A stretch of DNA of 64,000 nucleotides, from contig NW_008246081.1 of assembly GCF_000281045.1 (NCBI RefSeq), positions 117,838 to 181,837 on the forward strand, in the 5' to 3' direction. Below the pieces are notes generated by a model. It worked only from the letters and a program-made list of their open reading frames with translations. It was not told where the DNA came from and ran no database searches. Below, piece by piece: positions 36,701-50,900 of this stretch. Position numbers and translations under genes: made by a program. Every line of letters starts with the position of its first letter. Positions within the stretch are counted from its first letter, which is position 1. Source of the stretch: Saprolegnia diclina VS20. Taxonomy: Eukaryota.

Positions 36701-37334
36701 CATCCAAGACACGTTTGCCGAGATCGGCATCTCGTCGTTCGGGGACGTGTACGCGTGGGGCGCCGGCGACCACGGCGTGCTCGGCCTCGTACGCGCCGTG
36801 CACTTCAAGACCTTGAACGACTCATGGTCTAGGGCGACACGGACAATGATGTCATCTTTGGCAGCAACTACGACCCCGGCACCGACTCGGCGTTCCCGTA
36901 CGTCGAGTCGCCCGAGTGGGTCGAAGCGCTCGTCGATACGCGAATCGTCGACCTCTCGTGCGGAGCGTCCCACGCCGCCGCCGTCTCGGGTACTGTCGTC
37001 CTGCACGTTGTCTTGCCTCATTGCTGGTGGTCGCAGACACGGGTGACCTCTACACGTGGGGGCACGGTGCCCACGGCAAGCTCGGCCACGGCCAGGACAT
37101 TGACGAGGTCACGCCGCGGCTTGTCGACGCGCTGCACTCGGTCAAGGTGGCGTCCGTCGCCTGTGGGCGCGACCACACCGTACGCTGTTTAGCGTGAAAT
37201 CAAAGGTCTCTTATCGCGCGTAGCTGGTCGTGACGGCCATCACCGAGACCAAGCCAATCGAGCCGACGACCGCCGTCGCGCGCAGCCACCCGCCCGTCCT
37301 CGACGTCGACGACGACGACGTCAATTTGGACTAG
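33714..37334 (+). CDS. Putatively N-myristoylated EF-hand + IQ + RCC1-repeat + PA-domain protein, multi-exon
   Basis: MGGKFS (MGxxxS). EF-hand DFNNSGAVTRDE. IQ motif AASTIQRVVRGMLAR. RCC1 repeats VYTWGAGEFGQLGHG, VYTWGEGSDGQLGLG, LYTWGHGAHGKLGHG. PA-like KVKDAQEAGAAAVAI..IPSVML and TIPVLMVS. Exon boundaries only partly resolved. Confidence 0.8.
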
Positions 37335-37368
37335 AACGGTTAAACAGTGTGGAATATATGGTTACCGC

Positions 37369-38740
37369 CTACTGGTTCTCAGCGTGGTATCGGATCGACG
37401 CCACGATCGCTGTCATATTATCGACCTGGGACCCGAAAACGTCCCGAGCGATTTGCTTGTTGCGGGATAAGAGCGACGTGGCAGCCGCCTCAGCGTTGCC
37501 AGTACCGAGGGCGTCGACCACGAACGCCGCCGCCTCGCCGTACTGCCAGCTGTCCCAGATGCCGTCGCTCGCCAGCAGGAGCGAGAACGTTGGCGGGTGG
37601 TCGCCATGGTCGAGCTTATCGAGCGCGACCTCAAAGATGTCGGGTTCGTGCGTGATGCCGTAGTGGTGCATGTAGAAGTCGCCGAGCGACCGCGTGAAGG
37701 CGAGCGACTCGTGGTACTTGGCCTTCCCCGGTGTGCAGCAGAGCGACGCCCACTCCTGCCGCACGTTCTTGTAGTAGCTGCCTTCGCCAGCGCTCGCAAT
37801 CTCGCGGTTGTTGCGGACGCAAAACACCGGGTGGCGTTCTAGCAGCGCGTGCTTCTCACGCAGCGTGAGTCGCCTCCCATTCGACGAGACGCCTGGCACG
37901 ATGCTGTCGTACAAGAAGAGGAGCTCGGGCGTCAACGGCGCGTGCGGCGCGTGGCGTTGCCTGGCTACTGTTTCAAACTCGGACTTGGCTTCCGGCGAGT
38001 GCTCGCCCGTCAGCAAGAGGAGCAGCGGTGGTTTGACTTGCTCGGCGTTCATATCCGGGGGCTGCGAACAGCGCGGGCCATGGGCGCAGTGTACTCGCAG
38101 CATTGACGAGAGCGCCTTCCACGACGTGTCGGAGACGACGGCCGACCCGGACGCGAGGAGCACCGCCGAGTCACCGACGTTGGCGCACAGCAGCCGTGTC
38201 CCGTGAAGAATGATGACGATCGACGCCGTCGTACCGCCTTGGACAAGCACGGACCGTTGCAGCAGCGTCGGCTTGATGACGAGGAAGCCGCCTTTGCGCT
38301 CCTGTACGTTGTTGTTGGCGTCTTCGTAGCGCTGGCGCAGCGCCTACACGAATCTTTGGGCTCTCAACAAGGCGGAGGAGACGCACCGCCTTGATGGCGA
38401 GGTGGCAGTCGTGGAAAAGGCGGCGTAGCGTGCGCTCCGGCTGCGCCTCGAGCTCCACGTACGTCTCTTGAAGGCTGAGCTTTTCGCGGAAAAAGTCCCG
38501 TGCAGTCGAGGACGCGAGCAGTCCGCAGGCTGAGCCGTGGCCGTCGAAGACCGCGAGAACCACGTGGTCTCGGTGGCGCAGTGTGAAGAACGTATCCTGG
38601 TTCTCTTTCGCCGGGTTCCCCGGGTCCGTGACGCCATGCACGTCAATGGACGGCCCCGCGATCTTGGTCGCGTGGTCCATGACGGCCGGGCGATTGTTAC
38701 TGGACCTTCTCAAGGTATAGAAGCTCTGCTGAAACGACAT
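37369..38740 (-). CDS. PP2C/PPM family protein phosphatase
   Basis: ENQD, VFDGHG, GGTTA, ANVGDS, TRSLGD, ASDGIWD, DNMT motifs; intron 38344-38386. Start at 38740 or 38680. Confidence 0.9.
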
Positions 38741-38934
38741 GTCACTGAACCGATATCGATTTCGATATTATAGCAGTCAAGTGACACGGTATCTCGGGAC
38801 ATGGAGACAGGCGGCGCGGTGGCTGTGTCGCGTCGTCGTCGCCGCTGGATGCCTGCCAGCTCCTCTGACGCTTAAGTAGCCAACAGGACAAGACGAGATT
38901 GCCTTTACAAAGAGCCAACTCATGACGTGGCACG

Positions 38935-41900
38935 CTAGTAGTTGACGAGCGTACTCGACAGTGCCTGGTATGGGCTCGTGGCGTCGTGAACGTCCATGGC
39001 ACACGTCGCCTCGCGACACGGCAACGTTTCGATGCGCACGAGCCCGGGGTCGGCGCTCTCCTGGTTCTCGAGCGAGATGCTGAAATAGAGCGCGTCGAGG
39101 CCGACGAACGCAGCACTCTGCGGCGCGTACTGGATGTGGCGCCCTTTGAGCACAAACGTGTTGGCTGTCGCGCGGGAGGCCGCCGTGTAGAGCTCCAAGT
39201 ACGTCGACGGCACAACGCAGGTGGCGCACACACGCGGGCGCGTTCGCTGCTGACCCAGCTCGCCCCACACGGGCACGCAGCCTGTTGACGCATACGTCTC
39301 GAGGAGCTCTGCGAGAACGCGGTAGCGCTGAAACGCATCAAGGAGTGCGTACTGCGGCCAGTAATTCACCAAGTACGTTGTCGCCTCGGTCGTGTCGAGG
39401 TAGTTGTTGCCATCGGTGTCGAGGTAGTCGACCTCGGTCTGCGAAATGTCCAGTAGCACTTGTCCGTACTTGGGTAGCGTCAAGAGACGCGCGGTGACGT
39501 CCATGTAGTAGGTCACCGACGTGCCAGCGCTGTTGGTGATAATCAGTTGCCAATCCGAGACGCCTCCGACGTCAACGGTCGACGTTCTACACAGAGAGCG
39601 CTGTGAGCACCAAGAGGTTTCGAGTGTGACGGTCGTACGGGGCGTGGTCGGTGAGACGAAGCGTCCACGCGCCAACGCTCGAGATGCCGCCAAAGGCGTA
39701 TGCAAACGACACCTCAGGTGCCCAGGCCTGAACACTGGAGCTGGCATACGAAGCACCTCGGATCGGACTGCCTTGGTTGTACCTTGAGAACGACCGTTGG
39801 TACTCGGCATACACTTCGACCTCGGCCAGCGACAAGACAAGGTCGTCCGTGCGCTGCACGCGGATGTACTGACCGCGGACGCCGGGCGGCAGCACAAGAG
39901 AGATTTCATCGTCGCCGGACGTCACTTGTTGACTCCACACGGCGTTTTCCAGCGCGTCCAAGTACGACTCGAAGGTCATGGAGGCGAGAGCGTCAAACAC
40001 CATGACATAGCACGGTACCAGCAAGTCGAACACTGGCGTCAGCGGCTCTTGGTACGCGTAGAATGTATTGTCCGAGCCGGGAAACAACGTCGAGATGGCG
40101 ACAGAGAGCGTTGGAGACGTGATGCCGATGGCCTGCAGCAGCGGTACGTCGCCCCGCGTCTCGAGGAAGGTGACGCTCCACGTGTACATGTTGAGTCGCT
40201 GGAGTGCGCTTCGGGAGACGGCAATCGCACCCGTGCAGGGCTCTAAAAGAGCTTGCAACGACGCGCCCATGGCCGAGACGCTTTCGTCAGCCCGACTCGG
40301 CACGGCGTCGACGGCGATGGGGTTGGTCGTGCAGCTTTGAAACAGTAGCTGAAACGTGCCGGCGGCAAGGACCGGCCCTGACGTCTGCACGAGTTGGACC
40401 TCGAGCTGCGACGTCGCTTGCGCTACTTGAAAGAGCTTGATGGTGCCAATGCTCGCGGGCTGCGCAAGTCTAGTGAGGCTTGTCAGCTGACGCACACGAA
40501 TGGCCGACACTACCGTAGCTGCCACCACGGCATCGGATCGTCACCGGACGTCCGAGACGCCCCCAAGCTCGCGTGAAACGGAGACCGGTTGCCGTCGATG
40601 GCATGCCGGGCGCGACCGCTCGGACCAAACGTCGAGCTCTGCGTTGCAGTGCCTCCCAGCGCCAAGTTGGGTCCGAACACCATATCGACGAACGCCACGT
40701 CGACCCCGAGACCCGTTGTTTTTTCGACGACGCTTGGCATCGGTGGCACGGGGCGGCCAAACACTGACGACGGCGCCGCCACCGGCTGAAACACCGACGC
40801 AAATATGTCGTTGTGTACGACGACGGCAGAGATCGCGTTCGCGGCCGAGTGGTACAGTCCCCGGACCTTGAGCTCTACGGTCGCCACCGTTTGGACGCTA
40901 CGTCGCCGTGTCAGCGAAAGCCTTTAGCGCAATATAGTATGCTTACCGATCGGCCAGCACAAGAGCCGTAGCGGGGCAGGTAAGCTCGGCTGGCAGCGTC
41001 GGGACGGTCGCTTGTCGATAGATGCCGGCGCCCGGTGGCAGGACGAGCGCGTTGATAGACGCCAAGCGAATACTGGACGCAAATTCATGTGGTCCCACCG
41101 TGTAGACAAAAACACTGGTCGTCGCCGAGCTACGGGCGGCAACATACTGCGCCGACGCCGGCGCGCTCGTAATGTTGTTGAAAATCGCGAGCGTTAGCGT
41201 CGGGGCGCCCGTGACAACGACCGGCGCCGACCATAACAATTGGATATCAACCGCGTCGCCCTCGCCGTACGTTCCTATTCGCAAAAAGTGAGCCGAAATC
41301 GCATTATGTACAACTTGTTACCAGGGCGGCGCTCGCTTGTGGCATCGCGTATTCTTGGTGCCGCGGACGAAATGGTGATGGCACTCGAGGTGGAGAGACT
41401 GCGGTACAACGGCGCGCCAGTAGTGGTGGGCACCACACCGTGAAAGCAGTTGATCGTATACGGTGGTGTGTCCGTGACGTGGTAGCCGTAGCGCCCATCT
41501 GCGTGCCACTTGCCGTTGCACGCGTCCAGATCCAGTGGTACGGCGCCCGTGCTGTCGTACCGCCCGTAGACCGGGTAGCCGTCTAGCGCATACCCGATAA
41601 CGGGTGACGTTGTCCCGGCAACGTCGTTGAGTGCGTCGAGGAGGCAGTCGGGCGCAGCGTAGTATCGGTACGCGCCGGCGCCGTCGACGTACCCGTTGCA
41701 AGCGTCCAGAATCAAGTAGTTGGCGGAGGCTGGGTTCCGCAACGAGTTGCCGCTGCTGTCCATGTAGCTGTAAAAGGGGATGCCGTTGAGCATGACACCG
41801 ATCGGACGATCCGGTAGCACCGGCGATGGCACATTGCTCCACGTCGGCGACCGCGGTAGCACGAACGTGTACGCTTTTTGCTTGATCGTATGCGGGTTGT

Positions 41901-44900
41901 ATGCATTTGGGAATGGTCCAAACACCCCGTCCGGAATCCCCGTGCTCGACACGTAGAGGAACGACGCCGTCGTGCTGACAGCGACGTTGGATGGGTTGCG
42001 CCAGAGCCCCGAGACGTCGGCAGGAATCACCTGCAGCTGCTTGAGGTTGATGCTCGAGGCTGCGAATCCCTCAACACCGGCAATGGCTGCCAGCTTGTAC
42101 GTATCGGCCGCGTTGGCTGACACCGGTGTACCTTTGTAGCACGGTAGAAACGTCCTTGACAGTACGAGAAGCGTCGTGTTGAGGTAGTAGCGGTAGAGAC
42201 CGTCGCGGTCGACGTAGCCACTGCACTCGTCGAGATACGAGGCGAATCTCACTGGCATCGCATAGATCGGGAACCCGTCCAACGCAAATCCCAAGAGACC
42301 ATTCGTCAAACCGAGACACGTGGGCGCTGCGACGTACGAGTACCGTCCCATGGCGTCGACGGCACCGCCGCACGCGTCGGCGACGACAGTGTCACCCAGC
42401 GCCGTGTTGTTGATTGGTACGCCGTTGACCAAGATACCGACGATACCGACTGGGCGACGGCGGGCAAACCCGACCGACGGAAAGCGGGGCAGTTCGAAGA
42501 GGTAGTTTGTCGGCTGCACCGTCGGTGGCACGGCGTGGTTGGGCACCCCATTGCTCAAAAGAAGAAACTCCGAGCCCTCGTCCGTGTAGGTGCAAAGACT
42601 CTGTGGCGGAGCCGACGCAATCGGGCCGACACCGGGCGACGCATACGTAACGTTGTTGCCAACGCCGACGTAGCGCACGAGGGGCCACGGGTTCACCGCA
42701 GGAAGGACCGTTGATGCGTCGACAACGGGTGTCGTCGCCTGCGCCTTGATGGCTCTACAACGCAAGCATTTAGTAAACTATAAATCATCCTAAAAGCGCG
42801 TACCCGCCGTTGAGCTCGAGAGCTGAACCGGACGGCAGACAGCCGAGGCCCGTCGCCGCGGTGTCGTACCCTTCCAGTTCTTGAACGAGGAGACTCTGGC
42901 TACAGAGCCTCATGTAGTCGAGTCGATAGACAGCGTCTCCGACGGCGACCGTGTACACAAACTGCAGCGTCGTCGACGTCGATGCGCTCGGGCTGTAGAG
43001 GGCCAATCGCGCACCGGGCGTTGTGAGCGCCAAGGTCAACGTCGGGGTACCCATCACGACGACTGGGAACGAGTACGTGATCGCGATCGAAATGACTTGA
43101 CCGGGTCCGTATGTGCCATCGGGTGTCGTTGTTGAGACCTTTGTGATCGTCGGTGGCGACGTGTCAATTCGAATCGGCGTCAGCACGCTCAAGCTACTGG
43201 CGGTACCGGGTAATGGCAGCTGAAGGGACGCCACAAGCGACGGTGGCGCCGCCGACACGACGGTGGCGCCAAACAGCGAATATTTGTTGACGACCTCAAC
43301 GGGGTACGCGTCGTCACCGGTCTGCACCGTGTACGACAGCTCCAGACTGGTCGACCCGTTGCCACTGGTATACGTGGCATATCGCTCCAGTGGCATGGCA
43401 AGCCGTAGCTGCAACTGCCCGGAGAGCACAAACACCGGTATGGAGAACGTTATTGAGAATGTGAGCACTTGACCAGCGCTGGCGATCGTAGCAGAGGGGC
43501 TCGAGACCGACACCACATACGGACACGTGTTGCACACAGTGACAACGGCATGGTCACTGAGACTGCGCCCCCGTCCGATCGGCGGTAACGCCAAGTTGGC
43601 CAAGACCGTTGGCACCGCACTCGCAAGGTAAATCGACCCTATCAGTCGGTTTGAGGCGGCATACTCGAGCACGGACGCAGCATCTGTGGGCTGCACGATA
43701 TAGCGGAAAAACAAGTAGCGCGATCCCGAGCCGCCAAGATACGTCGCGATGGCGTTGGTCGCGCCGCGCGTCGCCAGCGTCAGCGTCGGCACAGCACCTG
43801 GCGCGACGACGACGGTCGCGGAGAAGGCAACTTGGATCTGCAGTGTGTCGCCGCTTGTGCAGACGACGCGACTCTGGTACGGCACATCCACATACGTGAC
43901 GGCGACGACGACGGGTGGCACCGACATGACAATCAGTGCCGATGTCCCCGCGAGGCTGGACGCTGCACCAGGAGCCGGGACTGCGACGTTGGCAGGTGTC
44001 GTCGGTGTCGTGGATTGACCAAGCACGATGCCGGCGAATGCGCCGGTGCCCGCGACGTCCAGTACGCCGTTGTCGCCCGCCTGCACAGTGTATTGAAACA
44101 CGAGCGAAGTCGAACCAGAGCCAGAACGGTAGCTAGCCACGTGGCCAGTATTAAGGGTGACAACGGGAGCAGCACCAGAGATAACGACCGGTGCTGAGAA
44201 TACGACGGCAAAGGTCAGCGAGTCTCCAGCCGCGTACGTGCCGGACGGAGAGACACCGACGAGCCGTACGACGGTTGGGGGCACACCGGCAATGCCCAAT
44301 GCTGCCGTATCGCGCAAGCTTGAGCCCGAGCCACCGGCCGGTAGCGTCAACGATACGGGCAGCCCGGTCGGGTCCGTGATGCGTTGGTTTGCCGCCAGTA
44401 CGATCGCAGTGACATCGAGGGCTACGGCGACGTCGCCAGGCGCCACAATATAGGTAAACTGCAGAGAGTCCGAGTTGGAGCCGCTGACGTACGTCGCTGT
44501 CGACGGTACGTTGAGTGCAAGCGACGGCACGCCGGTCACAACGACAGGTGCTGGAAACCGCACAACGAGCGGTAGCACTTGGCCGACGCAGTATGTGCCA
44601 TTCGACGCCGTCGTAACGACGCGCAGGGGTCGGTAGCCGTCGGTGCGAATCCCGATAAAATGACCATTCTGTTCGAGGTTGGTCGGAGCGTTGACCTGCG
44701 GGAGCGGCCCCAAGGGCGGCAGAGTCAAATTGGCGGGCTGCACTGGGTGGGTCGAGACCAAGCGGATCGTAGCCAACGGCGGGGGCTGAAGAAGGTCGAG
44801 GGCCGGTGGCGGCACAAGAACGAGGGCGTCGGGTCCGACGTACGCGAGAGGGTTTGCACTGTCCCCCCACTGCACCGTGTACCGGAACGTCAACGTCGCT

Positions 44901-47900
44901 GAGCCCGAGCCTCCAGTGTACAAAGCCGTAGCCGTTCCATACGAATTTGTGTTCAAAACGAGCTGAGGATAACCAGTGACAGCAACGGGCAGCGAGAAAC
45001 GAACGCTGAGGTCGATATTTTCTCCAACGTCGTACGTTCCGTCGGGTTTGGAGGTTGTCACGGCAAGCACGCGTGGTGGTGACGACACCAGAACCAGTTG
45101 ACTGTTGAGATCCAGGGACCCTGGTGTACCTGGTGCAGGACACGCGACGATCGCCGGGGTCGTTGGGATGGTAGCCAAGCGCTTGATCGAGCCGTCGTTG
45201 AGCCGCAACGCCCAGGTAAAGTCAACTCCTGTTCGCGCAATACGGTCGTCCCAGAGGCTTACCGCCCCGGCATCCTCGGTGCTCACGACATATCGAAACA
45301 AGAGCGTTGTTGTGCCCGAACCTCCGACGTAGACCGCGTCCCCGACCACACCGTTCGGCTGGACAACGAGCCACAGACTCGGCGCGCCGGTGACGACAAC
45401 GGGCAGCGAAAAGCTGACGCGGACAACGAGCACGTCGCCGCTGTAGTACGTACCACTGGCATTGGCCGCCACAATGTTCGTAACAATTGGCGCCGTGTTG
45501 CGGATCGTGATCGGCACCCGCCGAATCGAGTGGCCACCGCCGGGGAGTGGCAGCGTCAGCGAAGCCGCGGTTGTCGGCGTCGAGGCGGCACGCCAGATCG
45601 CGCCGCGACAAGTCGCATTCAGTTGCAACGACGACACGAGCGGGTAATCAAAATGCGAGAAGGCGTCGAACGCGCCCGTGGTATACGCAAAAATGAGCGT
45701 ATCCGTGGTATTGCCACCGACGTACCGCGCAAAGTGCACGGTGGTCCCGTCTATCGACGGTTCCGATGACTCAAAGAGCAGCACCGCCGCGGAACCGGTG
45801 GCACAAGGCGAAATCGACACGGGCGCGGAGAACTGCACAGATACATAAAGAACATGGCCGACACCGTACGAGCCGGCCGTCGCGTTGGTGGAAACATCCA
45901 GGACGGTCGGCGGTGTCGTGTCGATCGTTAGCTGTGTCGAGTAGCTGAGACTGCGCGTATCGGTGGCGGCTGGAAACAGAACGAGATTGGCGGAGCCAAA
46001 CGCGGTGGCCTCCAAGATGGCAGCACGGTTGGTGTTGAGCGAGACGACGTTGAGCAGTGGGATGAGCGGCGCTGACGCCGGCACCGTCAACCGAAAATTG
46101 AGGACCGAAGCGCACGACCCACTGCGATCGGTGCCCAGCGCCACAAGCCCCGACGTCAGTGCGAGCGAAGGAAAGTTCAATGGTACTTCCGTCCACTGCA
46201 ACGGCAGCGTCGCGGGCGCCGTTTGGAGTCGCGCCTTGGCTGCCACGCCGTCGTACTCGGTCCAGAAAAGCCCGAGGCCAGTTGGCAAGCACGCAAGCTT
46301 GAGGCCGAGAACGTCGTTACTGGTGTTGTGGTTCAGGCTGGACGTTCTCATCATGAGAAACCCTGACGCATGGACAGCACCAGCGACGACTTGCGTCGCC
46401 ACGCCCGCGATCGGCCGTCGCCACGCTGCAAAGGTATTACCCTGGCACAATGCGAGGGAAATGTCGACGCCGGGCGACCCTTGCAGTCGATCCTCTTCCT
46501 TCCAATACTGCGGGTACACGGTCGCGACGTGAAGCTGCGGCAGTTGCGCGTTCGAGACACCAGTCGTCGACCAGTGTAACTTGAAGACGCTACCGTTGGT
46601 TGTTGAAAGCTCGGAGAACGTCAAACCCGAGGCCGTTGCGTTGCGCTTGACGCCGACTTGAGGAATCGGCACCCACGTCATCGTGCTCAGTGCGAGCATG
46701 GCCACGTGAATTGAGCTCGCTTTGGTCGTCGCTTGCGTCTCGACCCACGCGAGGTACAGCTGCGAGTGGAATTCGTACAGTGTCAACTCTGTCGCTGGGT
46801 CGGTGTTGAGACCGTAGCCGCCAACTTTAGTGTCGTAGAAGGTCCAGTCCCCCGAGGCAGTGCCGGAAGCAACGCGAACGACGCTGACTGCCGGCGTCGC
46901 AACCGGCCGCTCGATCCAAGCGACAAAGAGCACACCGAGGTACTCGATGAGCGTGGGCGTCGTCGCTACTGCCATTTGGTTGGCATTTGTGCCCATGAAC
47001 GGAAGCAGCGTCCACGCCGGTGTCCCCAGTTGACCGTTGAAATAGGCAACGTTGATGATACCATCTTCGGCCCACGCTACGTACACGACACTGTTCCATA
47101 CGCCGAGCTTAGGGTGCGCCGCATCGCCCCGAGGATCTCGGTTGACGCCGCTTGCCGGAAGCGTAATGTCGCGGTACTGAGTACCGTCGAAGGTGGAGAC
47201 ATAGACCATGCTTTGCGTTGGCGACGACCGCTCGCTCCACGCCAGGTACGTGAGAGCATCAAGAACAACCATGTCGGGTCCATCGGCGGGCAAGCGCGGA
47301 TGGATGTTGACGCCCGAGAAGGTACAAATGGGCTTGCCGAACCCTACTTGCACATCGACGACTTCTCCGGCACCGATACTGCCACTCGAGTGATTCGACG
47401 TGATCGAGGTGACGGCGGCGGGAAGCGTCGACTGGATCTGAATGACGTTGGCCCCCGAGAGGCCGAGTAGCGGCAGCGATGGTGTCACCACCTGCGAACG
47501 CGACGTCGAGAGCGTCACGATGCGTCCCGTGAGTGCAGAGGATGCAAACTCGAGACTTGGCGTCGCGTCGCCCAGCTGCACTGTGTACACAAAGGAGAAG
47601 GTGGTTGGACTGAGTTGGGCATTGACGAGCGCCGTCCCACCCGAATTCAAGGCGATGGTCACCGTCGATTCAAAGACAACTGGTAACGAAAACTGGAGCT
47701 CGAACACGACCTGGCCAGGTTTCGCGGTCGCAGGACTGGGTACGGGCGGGAACGCCACGCCGTAGACGCCCCCGACCGTCCGCATTGTTACTTGAGCAAT
47801 CGTCGGCGGTGCGCCCGCAATGCGAATGCCGGCTACTTGCACAGTCGGTAACGTTAGCAGTGCATTGATCGACGGCTGCAAGCTCTGGCGCTGTATCGAC

Positions 47901-50900
47901 CCGCCGTTGAGGCTAATGGCCGCGCCAGCCTTGTCGAGAAGGTTGATCGCGTCCGAGACACCTACTGTGAAGCGGAACACGAGACTAGCGTCGAGCCCCC
48001 GACGGACCAACGCCTTGTCGTTGACGCCTGCGGTCAGTGGCGCACATTGCGGTACTTGGACGGGAATTAGGGCCAGTGGTGCGGCGTACGGCACCGACGA
48101 AGCAAATATGACGGTGATGCGGGTGCCGACGCCAAACGGTGCGGCGACGACCGAGGTCAGTCCGATGGCTGCAATCGCTGGAAGCGCAAGCAGTTGCGTC
48201 TGCAGCATCGCCACGTCGTTGTAGTTGATGCAACTTGTTTGTGACGAGCCGTACGTCACCGCGTACTGGCCTGATGTGATGACGGCGGTCGTTCCAATGT
48301 CAATGAGCTGCCGTGCACCTGCAAGCGAAAAGACGGCCTCGCCGCCGCTCGTCAACGCAATCGACGGTGCACCCGTCACGGCGACGGGCAGTGACAACTG
48401 CACTGTAAAGTCAATGACTTCGCCCGCGCCGTAGGCCCCCGCCGGCTTGGTTGACGTGACACTCACGACACTCGGAATCGACGCATCGATCGAGATGGAG
48501 CTTTGACCAGCAAGACTACTCGAGGCACTGGCACCCATAGGCAGCGTCAACGTCGCCGGCGCCAACGCCGACGTCGTGGCGTCGTAGTACAGGACGTACC
48601 CTCGGAGAGAATACGCCGAAAACACGTCCAGTTGCGCCGTCGTCTCGCCCGGTAGCACTGTGTATTGAAAGAGAAGGGTCGTTGTAAGGTTGCCGGAACG
48701 ATACAACGCGACGCCGTTCGAGTTCAATTCGACTGCGGGCCGCCCAAGCACGAGCATGGCGTGCGAGAACACCACATTTATCCAGATGCGGTCGCCAGTG
48801 CTGTAAGCGCCGTTGGCTGACATGGGCGTGACGCTGACAACGGCTGGCAGCGCTACTGCGTGGAGCTGCAGCGGCGGCAGCGACAGTGTCGGTGGCAGCA
48901 CGGTGCTCGCAGACACCGCCGGTGAGGACCCGGCGCGAGAAAGGCCACCAGAGAGTGTTTGAGGCGTGACCCGCGCGATGTTGTCTCCTGGCTGCACAAC
49001 ATATCGAAAAGTTGCGATCGGTGTGGCGGCCACGGCAACGACGTAATCGGCATTGGCGACGACGGAGCTCGATGCACAAGGGCCGCCAGTGCACGCAAAT
49101 GCCGCGCAGCCAGTCGTCGCAACGTCAATCGAGCGCTGCGCCAGAGTCCCGTCGCTGAATGTGATCGTGTAACGATGACGCAGTGCAAGGTTTTGCCGGG
49201 TTACTTGCACGCCAAAGATTCCACCCAAGAGAGTTGTCAACGTCGCTTGAAGCGTCGCTGCCGACACGTCGTGGTCCAAGCAAGCACTTACTGAGCCAAC
49301 GGAAGCGTGTCCAACCGTGAAGCCCCCAGACGTCAACGCGCCCGATGCCGCCACATCGATCGTCTGCACCGCCCCCGAGAGACCGTCGCAGACGCCGTTC
49401 GCCGGTGTCAGCGCGAGTGGGGAACCCGTAGCAAAGATAATGGTGTGGCGCCACCCGTTCTGTACGCGATCCGTCTCAACTGATGCGACGCCAAGTGTGG
49501 CAATCGCAGGCAGCAACAGAAGCTGCGCGCGCAATGAGGTTGGGGCCCCGTCGGCGACGAATGGGTCGATGCACCCAGTGGTCGCCGTCCCGTATTGCAG
49601 CTGGTAGCTGCCGCCGGCCACCACGCTCGTGCCTGTGACCCCAACGTCGATGTACTGGGTGGCTGATGCCGGCGTGTAGACGGCAGTTGCTGTGGTTCCC
49701 GCGCCCGTCGCGATTGTTAGCGTCGGAGGCGCGCCCAACGATTGCACTGGCGCAGAAAACACGACTTGGAAGTCGAGAAACCCGGGCTGCAACGGCGTCG
49801 CCGAGCGCGCCGCATTGACGACGACCGCACCACACGCGAGACCCGATAGACCCGAGGCGCAGGTGAGTGGAGCGCAACCGGTGCCGATTGTCAGCGGTTG
49901 CACGCCGAGCGCTGGTGACGTAAACGTCACGGCAAACAAATCACCGGCGAGGTAGGCACCAGAAACCTTGGAAACGGCGACAGCGAGCGCGATGGACGCA
50001 ATACCATTGAGCGCGGCTTGGACGTCGGACGCTGCAGCATTCCAGGCGAGGCACGCGGTCGGATACCCGTTGTACTGCAGCTGGAACTGACCGCCGACGA
50101 TGGGCGAGCTACTCACTGCGAGCACGTCGACGGTTTGAATCGTGTCGCTGACGCCGTAGAGCCCTGCCGGGGCGTTGACCGAGCGGATGTCCATGATCGT
50201 GGGCACTGAGGTGTCGATAGCCAAGTGGCTAAGGTCGCTGAGACTCGCCCCCGAGTGCATCTCGGGCAAGTGCAGGGCCACTGGGATGTTGAACGCCGAG
50301 CCCACGCGCTGAATGCACGCGTACGTCACCGAGTTCCACGACATATGCAACGCGTCCCAGACTGCGGCGCGGGCTTGGAAGCTGGCACTGGGCAGCGCCT
50401 CGGACCACACCAAGTACACGTATGCGCTTGTACTCACCAACGATGCGCCGACGGCGTTCCCGGCGCTATTGTCGTTGGCCGCGGCTGTCACTAGCGTCCA
50501 CTGCGGCAGTGCAACGTTCATGTTGAAGAGCGATATTCGCAGCGTTGACGGAGTTGTCGCCTCTTGCCACGACGCGAACAGCTTGCCGACGTTCGAACAC
50601 GCAAGCTTTGGGAGCGTGCCGGCGGTGGTCGTGGCGCTCGTCAAGCCCCCCGAAGGCGATACCGCCGACCACGCCGTCCCTTGCCCAAACACTTTGACGT
50701 GGATCTGCGCCACGCTGGGTCCGGGCGTTGGTGTTTCTTGCCAAATCGTATAGAGACTTCCGGCACATACGGCCAGCGACGGACGCGCTGCGAGTCCCGT
50801 CGATGCAGCGTTCAGCCCTCCGCTGTCCATAGTGGTCCACACCGGAGCACCGTCGATGCCGTTGTACGTGGCAACGCGCACGGTGGACGTCGTGGGCGTG

